A DNA stretch of 64,000 bases from Oculina patagonica (lineage: Eukaryota). The stretch spans positions 5,704,001-5,768,000 of the forward strand of contig NC_135769.1 in NCBI RefSeq assembly GCF_052425735.1, written 5' to 3'. The translations under genes were made by a program, and so were the position numbers. The notes under the pieces are model-generated. The model was not told where the DNA came from. It worked only from the letters and a program-made list of their open reading frames with translations, and ran no database searches. Of the stretch, positions 42,901 through 55,199 are shown piece after piece (positions within the stretch are counted from its first letter, which is position 1; each line of letters begins with the position of its first letter).

Positions 42901-44964
42901 AAATTATTCATACCTCCCCCACAAAAGGGATTTTTCCTTAAGACCCCCCCCCCCCACCCCTCTGGAAATTCCAATCAAGCTTCATACATTTCCTTAAAGG
43001 TTTTGGCCTTTAATACCCCTCCCACTCCCAGAAATTCCAACCCCTTAGAACTGTGGGAGGGGGGGGGAGTGTGGACATTTCCTGGAACAACATATTAGAT
43101 CAGAAATTTGATGTACAAAGTACATGTAATAAACAATTTCAATTGAAAGAAACCTTACACCATTGTAAGGTATACAATGGCACCAAAGGAGTAACAATAA
43201 AAACAGTGCCTCGTGGATGTACAGCTAGTTTGACAATGTTATGAGGAAATTTATAATCGATAAGAGGACATATGCATAAAAGCTGGTAGCAATTTGTTAA
43301 GCAGACTTAACAATATTTAATTTTCAACCATTTTTTTTTTCAGGATGAAGTGAAGGAGTGGACATTTCCTTCAAACTATGACCCTATCAAAACTGAAGCA
43401 AGACACCTGATTCACCATGCTGATGCTGATAAGGTGAGTTATCTAATTACTGTCAGTAATAAAACCTACCGTCACTTGCATCTAAGCATAAACACTTGCC
43501 ACCAAAACATGATCTAATTGGGTATCACACGTGGCATGATTCATCATCAAACGTTGAAGTTTAGCAGACCGTAACTGCAACTTTTATGCTCAAAATGCTC
43601 ACCATAAAGACTGAGTACTGGCGAAACTTTACACTAGAAGTGATTCAAGTGAGCCTGCAAATGCATATTGACACATATTGGGATCAACTTGTCGAAAAAA
43701 TTCTTCATATCCAATCTTTCTGCCATTTCGAAACCGGAATGTGTCGAACTTTCGGTGCGAAAGTTGCCCTTACGGTCTGCCAAACTTCAACGTTTGATGA
43801 CGAATCATGCCACGTTTGACACCCAATAAGATCATGTTTCAGCGGCGAGTGTTCACCCTTAGATGCAAGCGAAAAAAAAACTCTACACAGTTTTTTGACA
43901 AAAAAAAACCTGCTTGTGCACTGTTTTAAAATGCAGCAAACCAATCTGAATTTAATAAATTTTGATGTTAAATAGCAACTGAAATTCATAATAAGTGAAA
44001 TAGTGACTTGGATAAAGTGAAATTGAAGGAAGAAGATTCTGAAGTCATTTTACTCAAAAAATAAAATTACTGAGTCAAACCCATGACCTTCCTGATAACG
44101 GCTGGACGCTCTAACCTCTGATCTATAAAAGGCTCATGGTGAGTACGAGACCTTGTAAACTAGGTTCTTATGTGTGGCACATGTCCTGTCATAGCTGCAA
44201 GGCTCAACATGTGGAAATGAACCTCATTCACCAAAGCAATCTACATGTAGATCAATCCTTAATAGCAGAACTTGAACCTCCATTAGTCAATACTGTACAT
44301 GAGTCTACTTTCTTCCTTGCATCCTTGCTAATGGTTTCAAGCCACACCACCTTTTTTGCTTACAAATTTCAATAACTATTATTGAACTGTTTTTGAATTT
44401 GTTTGCCTCTGCATAGACTGTCCACAGCCCTCTATTTTTTCGTGTGTTTTCGCTCGATGAGCGCGCGGTGAGAACGGCAAGAGAACTGGACGCCACCGCA
44501 AAACGGAAGAAGCAAGGCTCCCCCCGCGCACTCGCGCTTCGTGCTCGTTTCGTTTGCTTTTTTGCGTTGGAAAATTCGAGAGGCTGTGGACAGTCTAGCC
44601 TCTACATAGCCTGCATAGCTGGCGGTATTGGTGGGTTTTAAAGCGTGCACAAGCAAGCGGCAACCATGACAACACAACAACTAGGCAGCGCAACCGTGAG
44701 AGGCTTGGGGAAGCTTGAAAACTTCTCCTCCCCAAGCCACTTGCGGCTTTGCCGCTTGCTTGTACGCACTTTAAAACCCAACAATTACCGCTAGCTACGC
44801 AGGCCAGGCTCTGCATAAATTTTGTTTCAGTACATAATTCTTTTAACTTTGTATTTTAGGACAAAGTCTTGACGAAGGATGAAATCCTTGACAAATACAG
44901 TCTCTTTGTTGGAAGCAAAGCAACAAACTATGGCAAAGATCTGACAAGACATGACGAGTTTTGA
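39971..44964 (+). CDS. CALU: Calumenin (CREC family), copy 2, divergent tandem paralogue, 324 aa
   Basis: Exons 39971-40197, 41200-41420, 41814-42026, 42708-42826, 43344-43433, 44860-44964; same intron positions and phases as copy 1; signal peptide, [10 protein letters not shown]-hand loops and C-terminal HDEF. Confidence 0.94.
43469..43872. mobile_element. Tc1/mariner-type MITE (CCGTC(A/G)CTTGCATCTAAG TIR) with long inverted arms
   Basis: TA before the left end; right end lacks its last bases; sister copy at 62028-62406 in the opposite orientation. Confidence 0.78.
44414..44597. mobile_element. Fold-back element TAGACTGTCCACAGCC...GGCTGTGGACAGTCTA
   Basis: 16-bp perfect TIR; flanked by near-identical 9-mers GCCTCTGCA / GCCTCTACA. 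Confidence 0.75.
44607..44806. mobile_element. Fold-back element TAGCCTGCATAGCT...AGCTACGCAGGCCA
   Basis: Long imperfect hairpin; flanked by GCCTCTACA / GGCTCTGCA. Confidence 0.7.
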
Positions 44965-45721
44965 AAAAGCTATTGAACTGAAAGATCTTTTCAAATTTTT
45001 ATATGGAGAGTAGATTTTAACGTTTGTATTACATTTAAGAGGCCACATTATATTGAAAGTTTGTTTTGCTGCAGTATTTTTTAATAATATTATAGGAATC
45101 ATCTTTTCTCTGCTAAAATTTTTAACATCAACGGATTTGACTTGATTGCATGAAATAGAATTAAAGACTTGCAATGATCTACTTTGTTTGGTCTGTTGTT
45201 TAATTGCGTAAGGAAATTAAATTAGATACCCCAATACAGGAAAAAGTGGGTGGATCTGACTTTGAGTTGCACTCTGTGGACGATTTAAAACGTACTAAAA
45301 TCAGGGAATTTGCAATTTCAATATGCAAGAGTGGTGCTTTGCATTCATGATTTGGGTCGTCACGCAACGCTTCTCGTTGGTCACGCAACGCTTGTCCAAA
45401 CTCGCAATGCAAGAGAAAGGGCGCTATTGGCCATTTTCAGAGTTGCGCAGGGAACTGGTGCGAGCTTCAAATTTACAGTCAAAATGCTCAGCGCGTGCCG
45501 CCTAGAATTCCGGAATAGTTTTGATTAACAGTGAACGGATTTCATTATTCATTTCAAACATTCAAATTTAATTTGAATAGTGTAGATCATCCAACCATGA
45601 ACACATGAACAAGTGAACCTGTCAAAAATTAACCAATCAAATTGGTTTATTTTTGACTGAGTATTTTGACTGTAAACCAATCGACAAACTGACACCACCA
45701 CATGATTGGTCATTTGATTAA

Positions 45722-46860
45722 AGGTCAAATGAACAGAAATTTCAAAATGCCATTTTAACCAACCAAACGCTAAAACTATCCATTTTTGAATAAAATTAAG
45801 ACAAATTTTTGCTTTCCGAGCCTGAAAGCGTGAGTAATACAGCAAAAAATACGAAGATTTCCGAAGGCTTCACGAAAACGTTTTTGAATGACTGCGCACT
45901 GAAATGGAAGGAATAGAATGAGTTTTCGACGTCATAATTGGTGTTTTTGAAGACTACCGCACCGCACACAGAGGTCAAACACAGGGCGCGTGCGCAGTTC
46001 AAGTGTACTTGCCGCCAAAATTTTCCATACAAAGTCTTAAATTTTCCGAAAACTTTTGCTTTAAACCCAAAAGTTAACGCCGTCCCTGGAAAGTTAAGGT
46101 TTATACGCCGCTTATGGATTGGAAATTTGATAATTCATCTCCACTGAGTGTCCCAGCTTGAACTGTTCTTTCACCGTACTATTTCTTTAACAATTTCTTG
46201 CGCAGTTCGAGGCGGCAAAGACCGGATGTGACGTCAATTTTTGCGTTTGACCGCACCGACGGTAACGTTTCACAGCCACAGCGGTCAAACGCAAAAATTG
46301 ACGTCACATCCGGTCTTTGCCGCCTCGAACTTTCGACTTGAAAGTGTGCAAACTTTTGTAGGAAATTGTTAAAGAAATGGTACGGTGAAAGAACATTTTA
46401 AGCTGGGACACTCAGTGGAGATGAATTATCAAATTTCCAATCCATAAGCGGCGTATAAACCTTAACTTTCCAGGGACGGCGTTAACTTTTGGCTTTAAAG
46501 CGAAAGTTTTCGGAAAATTTAAGACTTTGTATGGAAAATTTTTGCGGTAATCACACAGGAACTGCGCACGCGAGCTGCGTTTGACCGCTGTGTGCGGTAA
46601 CGTCAACGACTGCGGAATCGGTCTGCGGTCGTCTTCAAAAACACCAATTATGACGTCACAAGTTTTTATTTCCGAGAATTTTCCGACATTTGTTTTCAAG
46701 CACTCTACGATAATGAAGGCCTAAAAGAGCATTTTTCAACTTGCAATATCTCTGCGATACAATGTCCGATTACTTTGAAACTTTGGGATATGTTTATTTG
46801 GCCCTTAATAAACACATGGGCAAAAAATAACAAAAATCGAAATTTCTGTTCATTTGACCT
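45722..46860. mobile_element. Kolobok-like non-autonomous element (AGG...CCT, TTAA TSD) containing a giant internal palindrome
   Basis: TIR AGGTCAAATGAACAGAAATTTC; TTAA at 45718-45721 and 46861-46864; internal arms at about 45928-46254 and 46281-46657. Confidence 0.82.
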
Positions 46861-48089
46861 TTAAGTAGCATCAGTCCATCAACGCCAAGTAAACCGGGCA
46901 CTAACAATCCCAGAACGCAAAGTACACCACGCACGACCAAGGAATAGGACGCCTGGGAACAAGACAGGTCATTCGTTGTCCAAGGCGGATTTCCTAAGTT
47001 AGTGGGGAGAAGTGTTGCGTGACTAGGCAAATGGTGGCTGCGAAGTTATAAAGGAGACTACTTCAGGATCTACTTACTGGAAGTGTTTAAAACAAACAAA
47101 AAACACATGAAAAACAGAACAAGATATTTTATTGACATATTGTCCTCGTTTGCTCAACTTAGCAATTAAAAAAAAATGTCTGTATGCACACCGAACTCAA
47201 GATATAGTAACCTCATAAAATTCAGATTTTTGAATTCCAGGATCGATTTCACTCCGTTTTGGAAGACTGGTTGTCATGGAAACGCGAGCTCTCAAAACGG
47301 CCCTGAAATCAAGCCAAAGTGTAATCGGAATATACATTCGTTCACTAATAAATATGTTTACAGAGTATACTCTCCGTTTTTTTTTTTCAGTTTCTTTGCA
47401 TTTTCCTTTTTGCGCCAATGTACAGTAAATCCTCAAGGAACCCAGTTCTATTCCTTATTCGATAGTTAATACTGCTTCATACACTGATTTACATAGTATA
47501 CTGATCAGATTTGCCTTTTCCGTGCTGTCTATATATTAGTTAAAAAATCTCTTACAACGTGAGACGTGATAATTATTTTTACCAAAGAGGAACAGAGCCA
47601 CAAAACCAATCGCACCGAGAGAAACCCTTATTTTCTCTTGATCGCACCTAACTAATGCGAGTTTTCTCTCGCTGCGCAATGCGTGCTTTCGTACGCTTGG
47701 CATAGGTTGCACGTTTTCCCGCGCTTGGCACGGGTTGCATGTTCTGCCAGGTTCTGATGGTTGGCTGCGCTTTTTTGCGCTTGTACGTTGCGATTGGTCA
47801 TTATTCCTTTTGTGAAGTTTCCTTCATTCTACCCTGGTTGCTTAAATCCTTATTCCTTATTTCTAAAACCCATTTTTGAAATTTAATTTAAGTCTTAATT
47901 CAAATATTTCCTTTGCAACTGGGCCTATAATTTCATTTTTTGCCCGCGATAATTTCCACTTTTCATTCAGTATTTTTTCATCTTGCGATGACAAACGCGA
48001 CATTTGCTGTGATCAGTAAAATGTTACTCGTTTCTCGTGCTATTCAATTATTCCAAAAAGTAACTGTTCCTGCACAACAATGCTTCTGG

Positions 48090-51000
48090 TTATATGGATG
48101 TAAGTCTTTTGCTTCTGTTTAGTCGGCGTCGTGTTCTTGCTGGCCTTGTTTTTGGAGTTGTTTGGTCTTGTTTGTTGAGGTTCAACTGCGTCCTGCAAAC
48201 AGAATCAAAATGGCTTTACAACGTAGATCAATATAGCGAACAGTAACTAACAGATTGGTTAAATTGTTTTAAAAAATGTTCACGGAAATGCGCGAGCTAC
48301 AATCGTTCAGTACGAGTTTGATACAGCGCACTTTCAATTCCCAAGTGCTGACAAATCACGAGAAGTTGCGTGCGCTCCAACTCGTGACGTAAGGCGCGTG
48401 CACGCACGTGGAAAGCACGCACGTGGTACGTACGCGACGTGGGTAGTGATAGTAATGAACTCGAAGTGGCCAATCGTAGTGCGCAATTTCTTGAGTATTT
48501 TTAATTATAGCTTACAGTTGAGCGATGTCTTTCTCCGTTGGACAGTATCCTTGTTTCCGCCTTCTATTTTGTAGATTCAAGTTGAGGTTCATTACCATTG
48601 TAACAAGCTCTTCTTTCTAAAACGGAACCAACAGAGACCTTGTTCAGTGAAAACATTTGAATTTGTTTAATCAATCCGGTATTGTGCAACTTTTAAGGAA
48701 CACAGAAAGTTATTCACAAATTCCGATTAATGGCTAGCCTGCGTTGCAGCCGAACAGACCCCTACCGGAGTTTAGTCCGTCTGTAACTTAACGCAGGCTA
48801 ATTAGTAGCTCATTTTGTCAAAACAAAGTAACTCATAATCTGACGGTGGTTTGGTTATCTGATCTGAAGTAGCATGGATTTTACGATTTCATTTCTCGTT
48901 TTTTTTGAAAATAATGTTTCACCAAATTTCCGAACACCTAAAATTTCGTCAAAATCTTCTTGGTCACCCCTCTTCTCGGTGTTAACCCTTAATATGCTAA
49001 GTCTGGATTATCTCGAGATTTGGAGGAAAGGCCATTCAACCACTTATGACGTCACCAATTTACACGTCAGCAGATTTTTGTTACGTGCAACTTATAGAGT
49101 TTGGATAGATCTTTCTACAGGAGTGTCCGTCTTGACTATTGACTGCATTCTGACAGAGCTAATCGAAAAAAAAACGTGATCAGTTTTTGGTGTATAATTG
49201 GTGCTTAAACAGGCCAAAATACCCGTACTTGATCATGGTCTCCTTTCCAGGGTTTTCCATTGATTAAGATCAAAACTTTTCAGGCAAGTAGAAGGCGTGC
49301 ACAGAGTAAAAGAAAGAGAGAATAAGAAAGTAGAGAAAAACGAAAAGGAAAGGAGCAAGGAAAAAAATCGGAACGGTTCAGCAAAAAAAGTAAGTAAAAT
49401 GTTGTACATTTTTACATGGAAATTGCATCAAAAACCTACTGCAGTGTCAGGAAGTGCATTTCTAGCAAAGTTTAGAGAAATTTAGGACCGTAGAGCCAAG
49501 AAAATCGATTAACGGTTAAAAAACCCCTGTTTTTTGGAGAAATTTCAGCATATTAAGGGTTAAGAAATGTGATGAAACTTCGATATTTTGAATTATAGAC
49601 ACGTAATGCGTATAGAGGGTATAGCTACACAGCTCGTCAGTGCACGCAGTGTTCTATAATCTTTTGCCAATAATCTTAGGTTAACACTATTGGTATAATT
49701 TCAGAAAACAAATTTTATGAAAATTGTTTAATATCGGATTCCTATGCAAACACTGCATCTCGCCACATATTCACACTCCTTTCTAATTAGCGACAAAAAT
49801 AGGTGACCTAGATCTATTGAGCTCTTTCAGACGTCCTATCTATGATTATAAAACAGCTACCGCAAGTTCGTTACTAGGGTCTTCCTGAAGTAAAGAAGAG
49901 AGACCCTGGGAACGACGTTGCAGTTACCATAATTACCGATTTTTCCATAAGAGAGTCGTAGTCCTTCGTATCTCTGGCGATAACTTGATGACATGTCGGG
50001 CATGTTGGAGTCTCCACCTCTGATGTTTCTTCCACCCCTATAAAACGCACGCTCTTGGACGTATCAGATTCGTTTGATGAGCTATCTTGTGACATGGTTT
50101 TGGATCTTTTTCTGATTGGTCCATAGGACGGATCATCTTTCTGTTTCGGGTGATCTTTTATTCCGCTTAGAAGCTCGTTGTAGGCACATTTCCATTCTGT
50201 CTTTGGTTGCTGGGATAAAATTCCCCTAAACAAAGTGACGTGAAAACATCGTCTTCAGTACATTGGTTCCAAGAAGTTTACTCTTTTCTTTGTCGATTAA
50301 ATTTGAGCCGCGAGGCGGTGCAAACGAGTCGAAACAGCTTTTTTGCGTCAGTAGAGGAAAGATGAAAGAAACCTCTGCGATCGGGGTACTTCTTCAGTTC
50401 GGTAACAACAAACCAAAACTTATCATCCTTCTTAAATACCGTAAAATTCCGGTTATAAGCCTCCCCCCCCTCGATTATAAGCCCCCCGGTTATAGGCCCA
50501 TCAACCTGGAAACAAAAAAATACATCCGGTTATAAGCCCCCCCCCCCCGGATATAAGCCCCCCTCTAATGGATGACAGTACTGAACAGGGCTAAATGTTT
50601 GTTTTTTGTGCGTTTTTAACTTAAAAACGTATTTCGATCAACACTCCCGAGGCTCGAGCTCGTTTCGACACGTTTTTCCTTCCGCTTATAAGCCCCCCCG
50701 AATATAAGCCACTCCGCTTACAAGCCCACCCAAAAACCCTTACGAAGTTGTATAAGCCCAGGGCTTATAACCGGAATTTTACGGTATGTTATAAGTTGAT
50801 TTGAAATGTTTTTTTTTTCTCTGTTTGAGTGGTACACCAGTAACCCATTTGAAACTAAATGCATGCGGGAGCGGGGATGGCGCAGTGGTGAGAGCGCTCG
50901 CCTCCCACCAATGTGTAGGGCTTTCCACAAGTTGCTCGAGATTTCCTAAAAAGTTGCCCGTAATTTCTCAAAAAGTTGCTCAAAAGTTGCTCCAAAAATC

Positions 51001-54000
51001 CAAAAAAGTTGCTTCTGACAATAAAAGTTGCTCGAAAGTTGCTCCAAAAAATCCAAAACGCTGCTTCTAATCACGAGAATTTCTCTAAATATATGCTAAT
51101 TTCCCTTTGAGATTACGATTTCTAAGCAGTTTTATGCAATTTTACAGCAAAAGAACTATCTAAATAACATATTAAGGGTAAAATTTGTTAAATACAAGGA
51201 TTTCTCTAACTGAGAAATATCAATGACGTCATGTTTGCTGACGAGAGACTAAAAAACATTACAAAACCGAAAGTTGAAATGTCTTCAGATGTTCCTCGAA
51301 AGTCTTCGGCAAACTTCGTTAATCTTCGGAAACGTTCGTATTGCCTTTGAACAACACTCGGATAATCTTCGGAGATCTTCGGTCTGGAAATTGCTCAAAA
51401 TGCAACAAGTTGCTCGAGAGGAAAAAAGTTGCTCGTGGGGGAAAAAGTTGCTCGAATCATGAAAAGTTGCCAAAAAGTTGCCGAGCAACTTGTGGAAAGC
51501 CCTACCAATGTGGCCCGGGTTCCCGGACCCAGCGTCATATGTGGGTTGAGTTTGTTGTTGATTCTCATCCTCGCTCCGAGGGATTTTCTTCGGGTTCTCC
51601 GGCTTTCCTCCCTCCGCAAAAATAATCACTGCTAAATTCCAATTCAAACGGGAACAGTGGACGGAGAGCCACCCTGTGGAAGTGCCACTGCAAATTCCCG
51701 TTTATTTTTTTTTTTCATTATTATTTATTTTATCTAATTTAAGTTACCTGATTATTTTGGTTAGTTTGTTTAAGGTTTCTGGAACAAGCCATTGCTAAAA
51801 TGATATAAAGGATATCTACAATAATCTCGCGTTCTCGTGACATCTCTATCAACTTTAAATGTATTGATGTCGAACTCGACTTTAATTTGAGGTATTCTAG
51901 TCCATTCCCTGATCTATCTCTACTCCGCCCTATATGGCGGGTGGAGAGAATTCAGGTACTGGACAAGACTCATTCATGTTCTTTAAGATGCTCTTGTCGT
52001 TTGATGCAAGTTGATTCCCTGTGTTTTTAAAAAAGACGCGAGACTTGTAAAAAATAAACTGAGTAGAGTCAACTCTCTCGGGACACCGTCGGGACGAGAG
52101 AGAGAGGGACGGGACCAATTGCAACACCAGGTGTTTGTCTTATAGAGGTGTCCGTTGAGAGAGAGTTGACTGTATTACAACTGAACTGAGATCGAACTTT
52201 CCCTCCTGAAACTAATTCTTCACATACCGTGTTACGGTTTCCGAAGGTGCTTTAGGTTTGCTGCTGACTTCACGATGGAGGTACGCCTCTTTGTTATTCC
52301 CTTGAGAATCTGAAGAAAGAAACCAACAAAACTGCCTCGTCAGCATTCCTGTGCAAGAACAACAGCCATCAGTGCCCAGACGCCATCGACATCGCCCGGT
52401 CGATACAGTCTGGGGACAGAACTGTCCACATATTCGAACTTTCTAGAATAAACCTTCTATATAATATTTTGGTGTTCGAGAGCAAATCTACTCAGTGTGA
52501 TATTAGGGTCTCTTTCAAATTCGCACCCCCAGCCGAGCAGTTTCAGTTCCTATTCTTTGCAGAGTCTAAGGCCAGTTTTTCAAGCTAACGATGCCCTTCT
52601 TAGAAGACGTTTTTTCCAGAAAGATAACTTATCTTTTAATTCATTAAACTAAGTGATACACCAGGCTGAAAAGTCGACAGCAGAGCCCAAAAAGGTTTTA
52701 ATTTTTGTGTGTTGCAATTTAGATATAAAATATGTAAGCAGTTATTGGACATTGAGCAAAATATCGTGTTTTGACAGCAGCCAGCAATCAATAATTTAAC
52801 CTCTGCCGACAGCACAGGTAAATATAATTAATCTTTGAGACCTGACAAATCACTTTTTGGCAACCGACTTTGATAATTGTTTTCTCATTCCACGAGCGAG
52901 ATTGTTTTGCTCGGCTTTCTAACTGTAGTGGAAAGCGCTGGCTTTGATTTGGCTTTTTAGCTGCACGTGTGTTCACAATGGAAGATTAAACGTCGTGCAC
53001 TCAGCAATTAAAATGCGTATGGGTAGAATAATACTTGCGGGCTCAAAGTGAATTTAAGTTTTTTAACTGCGATCAGGCGTATTTTTTTGGAAGGGCGAGG
53101 AAAATAAAAGAAGTTTCCCTGGAATCTGATGAAGCGAGGGAAAGCATGAATTTAAAGACTCTGCGCAAAGTCGTCCCATTCCGCACAAGGGTAAACGCAC
53201 GTTTTCTTTTTAATTTATCCACCTTGGGGAGTCAGCGTAGAAGAAAATTATTCTAATGCTCAATAATAAAAGAGCTACTTTAAGTTTTCTAAAATTAATT
53301 TGTGGTTCAAAAACACACATTAAAACTGGGCGGTGGAAATGATTATTTACAAAACAACCCAAATTTCAACAAACCGTGAACGTTAAACTAAATCGGTGTC
53401 AAAGTACCGCACTGTGCGGCTTTTAGAAACGTTTTAAGTTCATATACCGGACAGGCGATTTAAATATAATATTGCTCGAGACAGCTGGTTTTATCTTGAC
53501 ATGAGTTCTGACACTCAAAGACGGCAAGCCGCCAAGGCATTTATTAAGATATTAAACCATGATCTCTTATTTTGATAAAACAAAACTCCAAGGAAATGAG
53601 TTTTTGTCTTCGAAGTCGGCATGTGGGTGACTTGGGTGACAACTTGGTTATTGGTGGTGTGGAAAATTCATTACATTCAAGTGCGCAAACGATTTGGCTC
53701 TCGAAATGGCGTAGAATATTTGAAATAATGTGTGTGTGATGGGAGATCCACTTATGAGATGAATGGAATAATGACCACTGGCCTTAAGCGAAAAAGAAAA
53801 ACGCAATTATAACGTGAATTACCAAGCAAACAAATTTGCCGCACCAAGGAATTGGACAAAACTACGGTGGGTGGTCTTGGGTTCACGAATCATCCCGCGG
53901 ACGCTAGCTTCGCTGGGCTGGCGTTTTCCGAGAACTTTTGAGAAAACGGACTGCTTTTTCAGTAGTGTAGTGTGGAGAGAAATCCTCTCATGTAAGACTA

Positions 54001-55199
54001 CACAACGAGTAGCTCTGCTCCGACAGGTGATGCGCTTTGATGATGTTTTGCCGACAAGTTCCCTGCGTGCAAAATTACGAAGCCCGCCACTAAGGCAGAT
54101 GTTGTGCAGTCTAGCATTTTAAATTTTTCAAAAACAACAACTTCACTCCACTTCCAGAATGAAGTGGCTCAATATGGTAGAAAGAAAAACCGACTAGTAA
54201 ACTGTCAAAGTGCAAATTTAATTTCCTTTCCCAGACAAGAGGGCATAAAAGAAGGCATAAAAGCACAAAAGAATAAAGAAAAAACGAAAACAGCTGAATC
54301 AAGGTATTTTTCAATTGTTGATCATGGTGTTCCATGGTGACAGAAAATTAGAGACTATAGTTAGGTTTAGTAAATAATTAATCCATACGAGCTTTCAATT
54401 CGTATTGCGTTTTCCATATAGTTGTATCTAACAGCGTTGCATGGATGTAGTGGAAAAAATGTGCATACATATTTATTCTTTATTAATTTTAGTATAAGAT
54501 ATTTCTCGCCTTTTTGTGTCGCCTTTACAGCAAATAAATTGCGCGATTTATATCGCTCTTTGTGTTTGACATCATGGCGAGCACTTTCAGTACATGCCCG
54601 CTGCATGAAGAATGTTTAATTTGGAAAGAAAATTTGAATTCGGGATCCGCAGATACGCTTAAGCTTACAAGTCGAGCTTGAAGGATTTTAATGGAAACCC
54701 CTCCATGTTCGCTGGCTTTACCCAGAGTGCGTAAAAAAGCGAAAACATAGTCAGATTTTCTTTGATGTGTGTCAAAAAAACTAATAAAAAATTGCATGTA
54801 CTCAAAAATTTCAGGTTGCAGAAAGTAGGTTATCGTTGTTGTTTTTGCGGCTTAACGCTCGCAGATTATGGCAAATCTATTCTGAGCTTTTAAGCTTTTT
54901 CGTGATAGCTATAGTTTGATTACGGTTTGACATAAAGGTGAAAATCAGAGATAAAGATATCGTCATCAAAATAACACAAAATACATGGCCAGACTATTCT
55001 ACCGAAATCGACAGTCACCGCGTCGATCACGAGGCTTTTAACCAAAACTGATGACATTTCAGTTCTTTTCAATACTTTGTGCAATCGCAAAAGTAAAAAC
55101 AAACTTACCTGGGTTAAAAACTAAAGCGTGAAATTTGTAGACTTTTCCATTTACTTTATCCAAACGGACAGAACACGAATCTGCCACAGCTGAAATCAT
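48090..55199 (-). CDS. Uncharacterised protein, about 221 aa, five coding exons
   Basis: Exons 55199-55109, 52309-52228, 50225-49937, 48616-48516, 48192-48090, all GT-AG and mutually in phase (1,2,0,2), giving one open frame MISAVADSCSVRLDK...KSVRFIG...CPTCHQ...RRRLNRSKRLTSI*. Probable non-coding exon with donor at about 57280; AATAAA on the minus strand near 47130. Start codon uncertain. Confidence 0.72.
48986..49559. mobile_element. piggyBac-type MITE (CCCT...AGGG, TTAA TSD)
   Basis: TIR CCCTTAATATGCT; TTAA on both sides; appears nested in a smaller inverted-repeat element (GTTTCACCAAATTTC at about 48916 and GAAATGTGATGAAAC ending at about 49578). Confidence 0.85.
50439..50784. mobile_element. 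Tc1/mariner-type MITE, sister of 11157-11481
   Basis: TIR CCGTAAAATTCCGGTTATAAGCC; TA TSD; inverted relative to the first copy. Confidence 0.85.
50868..51720 (+). mobile_element. tRNA-derived SINE (family A), interrupted by a hAT MITE
   Basis: A box TGGCGCAGTGG near 50878; resumes at 51505 with body GGGTTGAGTTTGTTGTTG...; T-rich tail. Confidence 0.8.
50916..51504. mobile_element. hAT-type MITE (TAGGG ends, 8-bp TSD CCAATGTG)
   Basis: TIR TAGGGCTTTCCACAAGTTGCTCG; TSD at 50908-50915 and 51505-51512; subterminal AAAGTTGCTC repeats. Confidence 0.9.

Noticed and set aside
45938-46699. Two ORFs with near-identical C-termini on opposite strands
   Set aside because: A consequence of the DNA palindrome; no coding features.
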